Below, piece after piece: positions 1 to 8,784 of a stretch of 58,698 nt of DNA (positions are counted from its first letter, which is position 1; each line of letters begins with the position of its first letter). The notes under the pieces were generated by a model. It did no database searches and had not been told where the DNA came from. It saw nothing but the letters and a program-made list of their open reading frames with translations. Location: positions 1 to 58,698 of the forward strand of contig CALVRX010000026.1 in assembly GCA_944358815.1 (NCBI GenBank). Reading direction: 5' to 3'. The translations under genes and the position numbers were made by a program. This DNA is from an uncultured Bacilli bacterium. Its GTDB lineage: Bacteria; Bacillota_I; Bacilli_A; RF39; UBA660.

Positions 1-975
1 CTAATATTCAAGTATTTACGGCGAGAACAACGGTAAATCAAAAGTTTAAGTTTGAATCTGTTATTAAGGAAAAGCCAGTAAAGACGATTGAAGATGGTAC
101 GTATGTTATTAAAAGTGCTTTAAATGACAATATGGTCTTAGATGTAGCTAATAAATCGACAGCTGATGGGGCAAATGTTCAGCTATTTAATTATACCGGA
201 GCGGAAAATCAAAAGTGGAATGTGAAATATTTAGGTGATGGCTATTATTCAATTACATCTTTTATGGATAATAATAAATCATTAGATGTTTTATGTGCAA
301 GTACTTTAGCTGGTGCCAATGTTCAGTTGTTTACTTATAAAGGCGGAGATAATCAAAAGTGGATTATTAAGGATGCTGGTGATGGATATTATTATATAGT
401 GGCTAAGAATAGTGGATTACAACTCGATGTTTACAAAGGAAGTCCAGTTAATGGAACTAATATTCAAGTATTTACGGCGAGAACAACAGTAAATCAAAAG
501 TTTAAATTTGAACAAGTTGTTGAAGAAAAACCAGTAAAGACGATTGAAGATGGTACGTATGTTATCAAAAGCGCTTTGAATGACAATATGGTCTTAGATG
601 TAGCTTATAAGTCAACAGCGGATGGGGCAAATGTGCAATTATTTAATTATACTGGTTCTAATAATCAAAAGTGGAATGTGAAATATTTAGGTGATGGATA
701 TTATTCAATTACTACAGCTATGAGTGATAATATGTCTTTAGATGTTTTATTTGCAAGTACTATGGCTGGAGCTAATGTCCAAATATTTACTTATAAAGGC
801 GGAGATAATCAAAAGTGGATTATTAAGGATGCTGGTGATGGGTATTATTATATAGTGGCTAAGAATAGTGGATTACAACTCGATGTTTACAAAGGAGCTC
901 CAGTTAATGGAACTAATATTCAAGTATTTACGGCGAGGACAACAGTAAATCAAAAGTTTAAGTTTGTTCCTACTG
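1..975 (+). repeat. Intragenic tandem repeat, period 456 bp (152 codons), 2 full copies plus about 60 bp of a third; each copy encodes one ricin-lectin module
   Basis: The string ctaatattcaagtatttacggcgag recurs at nt 1, 457 and 913. The aligned units are roughly 90 % or more identical by eye over the compared stretches. Confidence 0.9.
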
Positions 976-2084
976 ATGTAAATGTCGATGAACAAGTTTA
1001 TCCTAATGGAGTATATACTTTTTCGCCAATTTTAGACAATACAAAAATGTTTGATGTTGAAAGAAAATCAAGAGTTGATGGAACAAAGGTTTCACTTTTC
1101 AATACGACACATGCGAATAATCAATTATGGTATTTAGAGTATGCTGGTGAAGGTTATTATAAAATAGGTAGTGCAATGAATCCAGAACTGGTTTTAACTA
1201 ATTTAAATAATGGTTTAGTAATTAGTAAATATAGTGGTAGTAATAATCAATTATGGAGACTGAAGAATTTAGGTAATCAAACGATTTCTATTATTTCTAA
1301 AGCAAATGAACTTTATTTATCTTTAGAAGGTGGACAGGCTAATAATAATACGAATATTGTTCTTACTGATGGCAATAATACTGATGTCCAAAAGTTTTTG
1401 ATGAATAGTTATACTGAAGAAAAGGTATATAATGGAATAGATGTTTCATATTATCAAAAAGATATTAATTGGCAATTAGTATCACAATCTGGAGTAGATT
1501 TTGTCATTATTAGAGCTGGATATGGCAGTGATTGGACTGATCAAGATGATAAAAAGTTTTTAGAGTATGTAGCTGGATGTGAGAAGTATAATATTCCTTA
1601 TGGTTTGTATTTATATTCTTATGCTAGTAATATCGATAATGGTAATAAGAGTGCACAGTCTGAAGCAAGACATATGCTTAGATTAATCGATGAGATTAAG
1701 AAACATGATTATTCACCTAATTTAGGTACAAAAGTGTTTATCGATATGGAAGATAATAGTGTGATTAATGCTGGTAAAGAAATGTTAACTAATGTTTCTG
1801 ATACATTTTGCTCTATTATTGAACAAAATGGTTATAGTTGCGGAGTGTATGCAAATAAGACTTGGCTTACAAATAATTTAAATGCAGCGGAGCTTGCTCA
1901 AAAATATGAAATTTGGTTAGCTGAATGGTTACCTGTTGTAAGTCCAACATTTAGTTATGCTCAAACACAAAAACCTTCTTATAATTTAACGGATTATAAG
2001 TTTTGGCAATTTGCTTCTGATGGAGTGGTTAGTGGTATTAGTGTAGCAGTTGATTTAGATTTAGGATATGATATTTTTGAATAA
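3..2084 (+). CDS. Muramidase with at least three ricin-type (beta-trefoil, CBM13-like) lectin modules and a C-terminal GH25 lysozyme domain; 5' end lies outside the window
   Basis: The reading frame is open from nt 3 (NIQVFTARTTVNQKFKF...), so the ORF-track Met at 132 is internal. Repeated QKW, GDGYY and NVQLF motifs are typical of ricin B repeats. The C-terminus GIDVSYYQKDINW..DFVIIRAGYG..GLYLYSYA fits the GH25 signature. Confidence 0.85.
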   Translation, partial: NIQVFTARTTVNQKFKFESVIKEKPVKTIEDGTYVIKSALNDNMVLDVANKSTADGANVQLFNYTGAENQKWNVKYLGDGYYSITSFMDNNKSLDVLCASTLAGANVQLFTYKGGDNQKWIIKDAGDGYYYIVAKNSGLQLDVYKGSPVNGTNIQVFTARTTVNQKFKFEQVVEEKPVKTIEDGTYVIKSALNDNMVLDVAYKSTADGANVQLFNYTGSNNQKWNVKYLGDGYYSITTAMSDNMSLDVLFASTMAGANVQIFTYKGGDNQKWIIKDAGDGYYYIVAKNSGLQLDVYKGAPVNGTNIQVFTARTTVNQKFKFVPTDVNVDEQVYPNGVYTFSPILDNTKMFDVERKSRVDGTKVSLFNTTHANNQLWYLEYAGEGYYKIGSAMNPELVLTNLNNGLVISKYSGSNNQLWRLKNLGNQTISIISKANELYLSLEGGQANNNTNIVLTDGNNTDVQKFLMNSYTEEKVYNGIDVSYYQKDINWQLVSQSGVDFVIIRAGYGSDWTDQDDKKFLEYVAGCEKYNIPYGLYLYSYASNIDNGNKSAQSEARHMLRLIDEIKKHDYSPNLGTKVFIDMEDNSVINAGKEMLTNVSDTFCSIIEQNGYSCGVYANKTWLTNNLNAAELAQKYEIWLAEWLPVVSPTFSYAQTQKPSYNLTDYKFWQFASDGVVSGISVAVDLDLGYDIFE

Positions 2085-2106
2085 AGGTCTTTGGACCTTT
2101 TTTTTG
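2084..2106 (+). terminator. Rho-independent terminator after the GH25 gene
   Basis: Stem aaggtc/gacctt with loop tttg, followed by a T-run (tttttttgtgttttttt). Confidence 0.7.
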
Positions 2107-2115
2107 TGTTTTTTT

Positions 2116-2144
2116 TTGACTTTTAGACGGTATTATTATATAAT
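2116..2144 (+). promoter_or_regulatory. SigA-type promoter of the Kdo operon
   Basis: TTGACT (2116-2121), a 17-nt spacer, then TATAAT (2139-2144), about 18 nt upstream of the first start codon. Confidence 0.6.
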
Positions 2145-2161
2145 GAAAATGTTGTTAGAAT

Positions 2162-2659
2162 ATGGTGATAGATGTGAAAATTAAATTGGTTTTGACGGAT
2201 ATAGATGGCTGTTTAACAGATAATTCAGTGTTTTATATGCCTGATGGTAATAAAATTAAAAAATTTAATATGGCTGATGGTATGGGTGTGAAATTATTAC
2301 AAAAAAATGATATTTTAGTGGGAGTAATTTCTGGCGATAATAGTTTAGCATCTAAAAAAAGAATGGAAGATTTAGGTGTTAATTATATTTATGTTGGTGT
2401 TAAAGATAAGAAAGAGATTTTAGATAAAATTGCCAATGATTTAGATATTTCTTATGAGGAAATAGCTTATATGGGTGATGACGTGCAGGATTTGTGTGTT
2501 TTAAAAGAAGTTGGTTTAGCTTTTGCGCCAAATAATGCTTTAGATGAAGTGAAAAAATGTGTGAAAGTGGTAACTAAAAAAGCTGGAGGATTGGGGGCTT
2601 TTAGAGAGTTTGCCGAATATGTGATAGATTATAATAAAAAAATAGAGAGTGAGGATTAA
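2162..2659 (+). CDS. kdsC: 3-deoxy-D-manno-octulosonate 8-phosphate phosphatase (HAD superfamily, KdsC type)
   Basis: LTDIDGCLTD (HAD motif I), FNMADGMG and YMGDDVQDL..VGLAFAP..GGLGAFREF are collinear with E. coli KdsC. The start may instead be the GTG at 2174. Confidence 0.8.
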   Translation: MVIDVKIKLVLTDIDGCLTDNSVFYMPDGNKIKKFNMADGMGVKLLQKNDILVGVISGDNSLASKKRMEDLGVNYIYVGVKDKKEILDKIANDLDISYEEIAYMGDDVQDLCVLKEVGLAFAPNNALDEVKKCVKVVTKKAGGLGAFREFAEYVIDYNKKIESED

Positions 2660-2660
2660 T

Positions 2661-3353
2661 ATGAAAGTTGTAGCTTTTGTACCAATTAAAATGAATAGTA
2701 GTAGATTACCACATAAAAATTTATTAGATTTGAATGGAAAACCTTTATGTTATTATTTGCCTAATAGTTTATTAAAGGTTAAAGGTATTGATGAAATTTA
2801 TGTTTACTGTAGTAACGAAAGTATTGTAGATTATTTACCTAAAGGGGTTAAATTTTTGAAACGTGATTCATATCTAGATGGTGATTTAGTAAAAGGACAG
2901 GAAATTTATGAGAGTTTTATTAATGAGGTGGATGCAGATGTGTATATACTTGCTCATGCAACAGCTCCTTTTATAAAATCAGAAACTATTGAAAATGCTT
3001 TGAATAAGGTGATTGATGATGATTATGATTCAGCGCTTTCGGTGAAGAGGATACAGACTTTTACTTGGTATCAGGGAAAACCTTTAAATTATAGTTTAGA
3101 TAATATTCCAAGAACACAGGATATTGAACCGGTGTTTTATGAGACTAGTGCTTTCTTTATTTTTAAAAAAGAAGTATTTACAGAAATGGGTAAACGCCGA
3201 ATAGGGGATAGACCATATTTTCAGGAAGTCGATGATATTGAGGCAGTGGATATAGATTATCCGGAGGATTTTGCTTTTGCTGAGGTAATTGCAAAAAGTA
3301 AAGAAAGCAGTGACATAGAGTTTAAAATTTGGAAACCTGAAAGTCATAAATAA
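2661..3353 (+). CDS. kdsB: CMP-ulosonic acid synthetase (CTP_transf_3 family, KdsB/NeuA-like cytidylyltransferase); probable CMP-Kdo synthetase by operon context
   Basis: The N-terminus [25 protein letters not shown] matches the cytidylyltransferase P-loop-like motif. ATG 2661 is preceded by a GAGGA RBS. The gene sits between kdsC and kdsA. Confidence 0.65.
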   Translation: MKVVAFVPIKMNSSRLPHKNLLDLNGKPLCYYLPNSLLKVKGIDEIYVYCSNESIVDYLPKGVKFLKRDSYLDGDLVKGQEIYESFINEVDADVYILAHATAPFIKSETIENALNKVIDDDYDSALSVKRIQTFTWYQGKPLNYSLDNIPRTQDIEPVFYETSAFFIFKKEVFTEMGKRRIGDRPYFQEVDDIEAVDIDYPEDFAFAEVIAKSKESSDIEFKIWKPESHK

Positions 3354-3367
3354 GAAAGGATTTGTGG

Positions 3368-3994
3368 ATGATAAGACGTATTATTAGGAAAATCAAGCGA
3401 ATTTTGAAAAAAGATAAGAGATTTACTGGCTGTCAGATTGATATGCCATCTAGAGTAGATGATGGAGCTATTTTAAAAGGATGTAAAATTGCTAGAGACT
3501 GTGATATTAGAAGTGGCGTGGAAATATTAGAGCATTCTTATATTAATTGTGGTAGCAATGTTATGTCGGGTAAAATAGGAAAATATTGTTCGATTGGTTA
3601 TAATGTAGATATAGGAATGTTTGAACATCCTATAACGATGGTAAGTACGAGTAAAGAAATATATGAAAATACTGGTGATTGGAAGGAAATCTTTGATCCG
3701 CCAATTATTGGAAATGATGTATGGATTGGTAGTAAAGTTACTATATTACAAGGTGTTAAAGTTGGTAATGGAGCTATCATAGCTGCTGGAGCGGTAGTTA
3801 CTAAGGATGTTCCAGCTTATGCGATTGTCGGAGGAGTTCCTGCTAGAGTTATTAAATATCGTTTTGATAAGGATATTAGAGATAAATTAGAGGAAACCAA
3901 GTGGTGGGATAAAGATGATAAGTGGATAGATGAACATCGGGCTTTATTTAAAAATCCCCAAAAATTTTTAAAAATGATTGATAAGGAAAATTAG
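3368..3994 (+). CDS. Hexapeptide-repeat (left-handed beta-helix) O-acetyltransferase, CatB/Vat-like
   Basis: [53 protein letters not shown] shows hexapeptide repeats plus the typical C-terminal tail. ATG 3368 follows an AAAGGA RBS. Confidence 0.75.
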   Translation: MIRRIIRKIKRILKKDKRFTGCQIDMPSRVDDGAILKGCKIARDCDIRSGVEILEHSYINCGSNVMSGKIGKYCSIGYNVDIGMFEHPITMVSTSKEIYENTGDWKEIFDPPIIGNDVWIGSKVTILQGVKVGNGAIIAAGAVVTKDVPAYAIVGGVPARVIKYRFDKDIRDKLEETKWWDKDDKWIDEHRALFKNPQKFLKMIDKEN

Positions 3995-4004
3995 GAGGTA
4001 TAGA

Positions 4005-4796
4005 ATGGAAAATAATAAAAAAATTTTATTAATCGCAGGTCCTTGTGTGATTGAAAATGAGGAAAATGTGTTATTGATTGCTAAGAAAATGAAGGAAATT
4101 ACTGATAAGCTAAATATTGATTATTATTTTAAGGCTTCTTTTGATAAGGCAAATAGGACGTCTATAGATTCTTATAGGGGTCCTGGCATTGAAGAAGGGC
4201 TTAGGATTTTAAAGAAGGTAAAAGATGAAGTTGGAGTGAAAATTGCTACAGATATTCATGAACCTTGGCAAGCGGCTAAAGTAGCTGAGGTTGCCGATAT
4301 TATTCAAATTCCGGCATTTTTGTGCCGTCAGACTGATTTATTAGTAGCAGCAGCTAAAACTGGGAAGTTAATTAATGTGAAAAAAGCTCAATTTTTAGCT
4401 CCTTGGGATATGGGCAATGTAGTTAAAAAATTAGAAGATAGTGGAAATAAAAATATTATGCTTTGTGAAAGAGGTTCTTGTTTTGGCTATAATAATTTAG
4501 TGGTTGATATGACAGGAATGCTCGAAATGAAAAAATTTGGTTATCCAGTTGTGTTTGATGCAACTCATAGTGTTCAAAAACCAGGTGGCAAAGGTAATGC
4601 TACTGGAGGAAATAGGGAATATGCTAAATATTTAGCTAAAGCGGCAGCAGCGATTGGTGTTAGGGCTTTCTTTATGGAAGTTCATCCTGATCCTGATAAG
4701 GCTTTGTCCGATGGACCTAATTCGATTAAACTTGATGATGTAGAGCAATTACTTGAGACAATTATAAAAATAAGTGATGTTGTAAAGGAGCGATAG
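4005..4796 (+). CDS. kdsA: 3-deoxy-8-phosphooctulonate (Kdo8P) synthase, Cys-type (metal-dependent class)
   Basis: [49 protein letters not shown] and [14 protein letters not shown] are near-collinear with E. coli KdsA. AGPCVIE carries Cys where non-metallo enzymes have Asn. An AGGAGG RBS lies before ATG 4005. Confidence 0.9.
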   Translation: MENNKKILLIAGPCVIENEENVLLIAKKMKEITDKLNIDYYFKASFDKANRTSIDSYRGPGIEEGLRILKKVKDEVGVKIATDIHEPWQAAKVAEVADIIQIPAFLCRQTDLLVAAAKTGKLINVKKAQFLAPWDMGNVVKKLEDSGNKNIMLCERGSCFGYNNLVVDMTGMLEMKKFGYPVVFDATHSVQKPGGKGNATGGNREYAKYLAKAAAAIGVRAFFMEVHPDPDKALSDGPNSIKLDDVEQLLETIIKISDVVKER

Positions 4797-4797
4797 T

Positions 4798-5778
4798 ATG
4801 AAAAATAACACTATTATAGAAGATGGTAAAAAGGTTTTTAATATTGAATTACAAGCGGTTGAAAAAGTTAGAGATACTTTAGATGAACATTTTGAAGAAA
4901 TAGCAAAGGTTTTAATAAACTGTAAAGGTAAAGTTATATTTACTGGCATGGGTAAATCCGGACATATTGCCAGAAAATTAGCAGCTACTTTTGCTAGTTT
5001 AGGTACGCCTTCATTTTGCTTGCACCCAGCTGAGGCTTTACATGGTGATTTAGGAATGGTTTCTAAAGACGATGTGGTTGTGGCTATTAGCTTTAGTGGT
5101 GAAAGTGAGGAAATTGTTAGAATATTACCTAATATAAAGAAAATTCAAGCTACGCTTATTGGTATATCTGGTAATCCTAATTCGACATTGATTAAGCAAA
5201 GTGATATTTATTATGTATTGCCACCGTTTGAAGAGGCTTGTTATATGAAATTAGCACCGACTTCTAGTACGACAGCGGTATTAGTATTAGGTGATGCTTT
5301 AGCAGTTGTTTGTGCCAAACAAAAAGCATTTACGAAAAAAGATTTTGCTTTGTTCCATCCAGCAGGGGCTTTAGGTAAGAGTTTAATAATTACAGTTGGC
5401 GATTTGATGAGTACTGGTAAGCGCAATTCTGTGGTAAATATCAATTCAAGTTTTGAAGAGGCACTTAATGAAATGTGTAAGACTACTTTAGGAATGGTGA
5501 GTGTTGTCGATGATAATAATAAACTTATTGGTATATTTACAGATGGCGATTTAAGAAGAAAACTAGCGGAAAAAGTCGATATTTATTCGATGAAACTCGA
5601 TGATATTATAACTAAAACACCGTTAACAGTTGGTAAGGATATGCTGGCAGTTGAGGCATTAAGACTAATGGTTAGAGACGAGAAGAGAGTGTCTGTAGCG
5701 CCAGTTGTGGATGAAAAGGGAATATTGCTCGGAGCTATTAAAGCAGAAGATATTATTGATAGTGGTATAGTATTATAA
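4798..5778 (+). CDS. kdsD: Arabinose-5-phosphate isomerase (SIS domain plus tandem CBS domains; KdsD/KpsF/GutQ family)
   Basis: GMGKSGHIARKLAATFASLGTPSFCLHPAEALHGDLG is the SIS signature. A C-terminal CBS pair is present (VVDDNNKLIGIFTDGDLRR). Confidence 0.85.
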   Translation: MKNNTIIEDGKKVFNIELQAVEKVRDTLDEHFEEIAKVLINCKGKVIFTGMGKSGHIARKLAATFASLGTPSFCLHPAEALHGDLGMVSKDDVVVAISFSGESEEIVRILPNIKKIQATLIGISGNPNSTLIKQSDIYYVLPPFEEACYMKLAPTSSTTAVLVLGDALAVVCAKQKAFTKKDFALFHPAGALGKSLIITVGDLMSTGKRNSVVNINSSFEEALNEMCKTTLGMVSVVDDNNKLIGIFTDGDLRRKLAEKVDIYSMKLDDIITKTPLTVGKDMLAVEALRLMVRDEKRVSVAPVVDEKGILLGAIKAEDIIDSGIVL

Positions 5779-5787
5779 TATTTGAAG

Positions 5788-5820
5788 AGGCTGGTTTAGT
5801 TGCCAGCCTACTTTTGATTT
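5788..5820 (+). terminator. Possible weak or attenuating terminator between kdsD and wzx
   Basis: Stem aggctgg/ccagcct with a short loop, followed by acttttgattt. Confidence 0.4.
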
Positions 5821-5842
5821 AATAGTTTGAAAGGAGAATACG

Positions 5843-7360
5843 ATGGAAAGTAGAGGTAGAGTTGCTTTTAAAAATATATCGGCTAATTTTATATTACAAT
5901 TAGTGGTTATTATTAGTGGATTCATAGTTCCCAAATTATTAATTACTAATTATGGCTCTGATTCGTATGGCTTGGTATCTTCTATTACACAATTTTTATC
6001 TTTAATTGCTTTATTAGAAGCAGGTATTGGACCAGTAATTAAAGCAAAATTATATAAATATATGGCAAAAAACGACAAGAATAAGATTTTGCTGATTTTA
6101 AAAGATGCGGATAGTTTTTTTAAACGTATTGGTTTAATATTTTTGATTTATATTATTATATTGTGTATTATATTTCCATATATTAATAACGAATTTGATT
6201 TTGCATTTACTACTGCAATGATTTTGGTAATTGCTATCGGTACTTTATTTGAGTATTTTTTTGGAATTGTATATAATATATATTTGCAAGCTGACAAGAA
6301 GTATTATGTGACATCTAATGTACAGATTGTATGTTATGTGTTGAATATTTTATTGGTAGTATTATTAATTAATTTAGATGCTTCAATTATTACTGTTAAA
6401 TTTGCTTCAACTTTGGCATTTTTGATTAGACCTTTGTTTCAGTCTTATTATGTACGAAAGAAGTTAAATATTCATTTTAAAGATGCTAAAGGTAGTTATA
6501 AAATTGAAAATAAATTTGATGGTTTATCACAACATATTGCGTATGTGATATATTCAAATACTGATGTTACTGTTTTAACTATTTTTGCTAATTTAACGAC
6601 CGTGGCGATTTATTCTGTATATAATATGGTCGCTAATTCTATTAGAAATGTTATAAGTTCTTTTATTAATGGTATGGATTCGATATTTGGTGATATGTTC
6701 GCCAGAGGCGAGAGAGAAAGTTTAAAAAGAAGTTTTGATATATATGAGTTTTTATATTATTTTGTGTCTACAGTTATTTTTTTGACAACGATGATTTTAA
6801 TTGTTCCGTTTGTAAAAATTTATACTAAAGGAATTACTGATGCTAATTATATTCAACCGTTATTTGCTTTTTTAATTATTTTATCTGGTTTAATTGCTTG
6901 TGCTAGAACTATTTATTCTACTTTAGTTTATTCCATTGGACATTTTAAACAAACTAATATGATTTCTTGGGTGGAAGCTATCACGAATATTTTGTTATCT
7001 ATAATTTTAGTTGTTAAATTAGGACTTGTAGGGGTGGCAATTGGAACTGCTGTATCTGCATTTATTAGATTAGTTTATTTTATGTTTTATTCTTCTAAGA
7101 ATGTATTGAATAGATCATTTAAATCTTGTTTAAAATGGTTATTTGTGCTTATTTTGGAAGTTGTTTTATGTTATTTATTTATAAATTCTAATTTTAATAT
7201 TATTACACCAACTAATTATTTGGAGTGGATTTTATATGCAGTAGTTGTTTTGTTAGGAGTTACTATAGTTACATTATTTATCAATATTATTTTTAATTTT
7301 AGTCAAGCAAAAGAAACTTTAGATTTTTTGAAAAAAAAGTTTGGAAAGGATAATTCATGA
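5843..7360 (+). CDS. wzx: Polysaccharide flippase, MOP/Wzx family
   Basis: 505 aa with 12 or more predicted hydrophobic helices, an N-terminal KN..ANF..Q pattern typical of Wzx, and a location inside a glycan locus. Confidence 0.7.
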   Translation: MESRGRVAFKNISANFILQLVVIISGFIVPKLLITNYGSDSYGLVSSITQFLSLIALLEAGIGPVIKAKLYKYMAKNDKNKILLILKDADSFFKRIGLIFLIYIIILCIIFPYINNEFDFAFTTAMILVIAIGTLFEYFFGIVYNIYLQADKKYYVTSNVQIVCYVLNILLVVLLINLDASIITVKFASTLAFLIRPLFQSYYVRKKLNIHFKDAKGSYKIENKFDGLSQHIAYVIYSNTDVTVLTIFANLTTVAIYSVYNMVANSIRNVISSFINGMDSIFGDMFARGERESLKRSFDIYEFLYYFVSTVIFLTTMILIVPFVKIYTKGITDANYIQPLFAFLIILSGLIACARTIYSTLVYSIGHFKQTNMISWVEAITNILLSIILVVKLGLVGVAIGTAVSAFIRLVYFMFYSSKNVLNRSFKSCLKWLFVLILEVVLCYLFINSNFNIITPTNYLEWILYAVVVLLGVTIVTLFINIIFNFSQAKETLDFLKKKFGKDNS

Positions 7361-8220
7361 CAAGATTAAAGGAAAAATTTTATTATTTAATTGGTCCGCA
7401 TAATACAAACCGTTTTAAACGTGTTAGAATATGTATGAATAGAAGTTTAACAAAATTATTAAAAAGAAATAGTAAGTTTCACAATATTCATGAAGGTAAA
7501 CGCTGTTTTATCTTAGGTAGTGGTCCTTCTATAAAAAATGTGGATTTTAAAAAATTAGCTAATGAATATACATTTACTGTTAATCATTTCGCACGGTTTG
7601 ATAATTTTGAAAAATTAAAGACAAATTATCATTTATTTGGCGATGAAAGAATATTTTATTCATCTTTAAATAATACAATTAATGAAGAATCGCTTGATTA
7701 TTTAAAAAAATTAAATGATTCATCAGATGAGATTCAATTTTTTGTGGTTTATAGTTCTAAAACTTTTTTCGATAAAATTGATATTTTAAAAGAATCAAAA
7801 ATTAATTATTTTTATAATGTGTTAGATTTTTATGATAATTATAATGAGAAATTTGATATGGCAACATCTATCCCATGGTTTCCTACATGTATAGATTATT
7901 GTATTGCTATAGCTATGTATATGGGATTTACTGAAATATATCTTTTAGGATGTGAATGTACAGGTTTTGCTAAATTATTATCTTCGGATAATACTCAGAC
8001 TTATGGTTATAAAGTTTCAAAAGCAGAAAATAAACGTCTTAAAGAGCAAATAAAGACTTATGGTGCAGCTGAAGAATTACAATTATGGGCAGATATTTTA
8101 AAGGATTATGATTATTTAGAAAAATATGCGAATAAACACAATGTGAAAATTGTTAATTGTACTGATGGTGGTATATTGGATTCTTTTGAAAGGAAATCTT
8201 TAGATGAGGTTTTAAGATAA
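7357..8220 (+). CDS. CstII/GT42-like (DUF115/MAF-fold) putative CMP-ulosonic acid glycosyltransferase
   Basis: CFILGSGPSIKNVDFKKLANEYTFTVNHF resembles the CstII N-terminus VIIAGNGPSLKEIDYSRLPNDFDVFRCNQF. CIDYCIAIAMYMGFTEIYLLGCE resembles SGVYMCAVAIALGYKEIYLSGID. The start overlaps the wzx stop by 4 nt. Confidence 0.5.
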   Translation: MTRLKEKFYYLIGPHNTNRFKRVRICMNRSLTKLLKRNSKFHNIHEGKRCFILGSGPSIKNVDFKKLANEYTFTVNHFARFDNFEKLKTNYHLFGDERIFYSSLNNTINEESLDYLKKLNDSSDEIQFFVVYSSKTFFDKIDILKESKINYFYNVLDFYDNYNEKFDMATSIPWFPTCIDYCIAIAMYMGFTEIYLLGCECTGFAKLLSSDNTQTYGYKVSKAENKRLKEQIKTYGAAEELQLWADILKDYDYLEKYANKHNVKIVNCTDGGILDSFERKSLDEVLR

Positions 8221-8233
8221 TTATAATGTGATT

Positions 8234-8269
8234 AAAAGTCTATTAAGTTATTTATTAATAGGCTTTTTT
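8234..8269 (+). terminator. Intra-locus terminator, followed by a TATAAT box at 8274-8279
   Basis: Stem aaaagtctattaa/ttaataggctttt (one G-U pair) followed by a T-run. The TATAAT lies 20 nt before ATG 8299. Confidence 0.5.
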
Positions 8270-8298
8270 CGTGTATAATGATAATAGGAGTTGGTAGA

Positions 8299-8784
8299 AT
8301 GAATAATACTAACAAAAAGAAGGCATTGTTTATTTCTAGTACCGGTGGTCATTTGAAAGAACTTTTACAATTAGAGTCTATTTTTAATAAATTTGATTAT
8401 AGAATTATTACGGAAAAAACTGGTAATAATGTGAATTTAAAAAAGAAGTATGGTAAAAAAATTAGTTTTTTGATTTATGGTACTAAAGATCATATGCTTA
8501 CATATCCTTTTAAATTACTTATAAACTGTTTTATTTCTTTGTTTCAGTTTATAAAGTTTAGACCTAAATATATTATAACAACTGGAACGCATACAGCTGG
8601 TCCAATGTGTTATATTGGAAAAATTTTTGGTAGTAAAATTATTTATATTGAGACTTTTGCTAATTCACAGACAAAAACAGTGGCAGGTAAATTAATTTAT
8701 CCGATTGCTGATTTGTTTATTGTGCAGTGGGAAAGTATGCTTAAACTTTATCCAAAAGCTAAATATTTTGGAGGTGTATTTTAG
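8299..8784 (+). CDS. Alg14-like membrane-anchoring subunit of a split GT28-type glycosyltransferase (PssD/Cps14F-like)
   Basis: FISSTGGHLKELLQL and TGTHTAGP are Alg14-family motifs. A TAGGAG RBS lies 8 nt before ATG 8299. The gene is immediately followed by the Alg13-like partner. Confidence 0.7.
   Translation: MNNTNKKKALFISSTGGHLKELLQLESIFNKFDYRIITEKTGNNVNLKKKYGKKISFLIYGTKDHMLTYPFKLLINCFISLFQFIKFRPKYIITTGTHTAGPMCYIGKIFGSKIIYIETFANSQTKTVAGKLIYPIADLFIVQWESMLKLYPKAKYFGGVF

Noticed and set aside
3096-3347. Antisense or embedded ORFs of 60-160 aa listed in the ORF track. Examples are 3096-3347(-), 3598-3780(-), 4749-4949(-), 5241-5444(-), 12163-12369(-), 13384-13578(-), 15457-15660(-), 22760-23216(+), 24365-24550(-), 26422-26661(-), 27167-27349(+), 28859-29062(+), 29121-29711(+), 31975-32274(-), 34516-34707(+), 38111-38580(+), 41205-42300(+), 45762-46244(+), 53346-53603(+), 53779-54325(+), 55782-56215(+), 56708-56905(-) and 58313-58567(+).
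   Set aside because: Each lies entirely inside, or largely opposite, a longer ORF with clear family motifs. They have low-complexity, hydrophobic or Ser/Phe/Ile-rich translations typical of shadow frames in AT-rich DNA. None has a convincing RBS.
3978-4004. Longer N-terminal extensions implied by ORF-track starts. Examples are 2649 for kdsB, 3362 for the acetyltransferase, 3978 for kdsA, 8278, 10297, 16416, 23570, 29046, 30513, 34376, 46204 and 54500.
   Set aside because: In each case an internal ATG lies 5-11 nt downstream of a Shine-Dalgarno-like AGGAG/GGTGA motif. It also aligns with the conserved N-terminus of the family, whereas the extension overlaps the upstream gene or the RBS itself.
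2162-5778. Kdo genes as evidence that the organism is Gram-negative or makes LPS.
   Set aside because: The window has no lpxA-D, waaA or lpt genes. It contains endospore genes (spoIVB, spoIIM) and Gram-positive-type wall glycopolymer machinery. A diderm Firmicute cannot be formally excluded from 58 kb.
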